Assembly (NCBI GenBank): GCA_964528645.1
Contig: CAZGSR010000006.1
Span: 10,142-74,141 of the forward strand
DNA: 64,000 bases
Direction of reading: 5' to 3'
From: an uncultured Mageeibacillus sp.
Lineage (GTDB): Bacteria; Bacillota; Clostridia; Saccharofermentanales; UBA5734
Numbering within the stretch: position 1 is the stretch's first letter; each line of letters begins with the position of its first letter. Under the pieces are notes generated by a model that worked only from the letters and a program-made list of their open reading frames with translations, did not search any database and was not told the origin of the DNA. The position numbers were made by a program, and so were the translations under genes. Below, piece after piece: positions 63,828 through 64,000 of this stretch.

Positions 63828-64000
63828 ATGAGCAAACTGATAGGTAATGCGATTTTTGGCCAGTCCGGCGGCCCGACTTCGGTCATCAACGCCAGTGCTG
63901 CAGGCGTCTTTACAGAAGCCCTCAAGCAGACCGGTGTGATCGAGAAGGTTTATGGCGCAGCCAATGGCATCGTGGGCATCCTGAACGAGAAATTCTATGA
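63828..64000 (+). CDS. pfp: Diphosphate (PPi)-dependent 6-phosphofructokinase, N-terminal fragment (runs off the right edge)
   Basis: ATG 63828, with CAGGAGG upstream. Hand translation gives MSKLIGNAIFGQSGGPTSVINASAAGVFTEALKQTGVIEKVYGAANGIVGILNEKFY. GQSGGPTSVINAS is the N-terminal PFK/PFP signature. Confidence 0.7.
   Translation, partial: MSKLIGNAIFGQSGGPTSVINASAAGVFTEALKQTGVIEKVYGAANGIVGILNEKFY

Overview
This 64 kb window is a densely packed core-chromosome segment with Bacillota (Firmicutes)-type gene content and synteny. By eye it is moderately GC-rich. About 85% of it is transcribed from the minus strand.

Gene content, left to right:
- A roughly 20 kb co-directional array: pyrR-pyrB-pyrC-pyrF-carB-pyrK-pyrD, a pyrE-like gene, a DUF45 hydrolase, an RluA-type synthase, a hypothetical gene, a DAHP synthase, then miaB-mutS-mutL-miaA-hfq. 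hfq is cut by the left edge and is missing from the ORF track.
- Three insulated tRNA units and a stand-alone murD.
- A PD-(D/E)XK nuclease fused to an XPD/DinG-like Fe-S helicase.
- ymdB, an SBP5 lipoprotein, lspA, rluD, two DUF881 genes, phoH, pgpH, ybeY, era and recO.
- rny, a [2Fe-2S] protein and a second RluD-like gene.
- The conserved block efp, asp23, amaP, DUF2273, nusB, xseA, xseB, ispA, dxs, nadK, argR and recN.
- yqeG and lysC.
- parE-parC plus a coupled 625-aa unknown.
- tRNA-Gly and tRNA-Arg, then a PHP phosphatase.
- A late-stage C30 glyco-carotenoid cluster, crtQ-crtO-crtP-aldH.
- tRNA-His, tRNA-Gln and tRNA-Lys, a GNAT gene, and the start of a PPi-dependent phosphofructokinase.

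I found nine tRNAs. I saw no rRNA, CRISPR array, transposase, integrase or phage genes.

I do not see a clear-cut new multi-gene system. The most defensible second-look items are:
- the nuclease-helicase fusion;
- the divergent phosphoribosyltransferase in the pyrE slot;
- a pyr operon with no carA but an internal consensus carB promoter overlapped by an ARG-box-like site and a perfect palindrome;
- the crt cluster, which lacks crtM and crtN;
- the unknown 625-aa protein coupled to parC;
- three convergent gene pairs that overlap at their 3' ends.

All calls come from reading the sequence and the ORF translations and recognising motifs. No database search was run.
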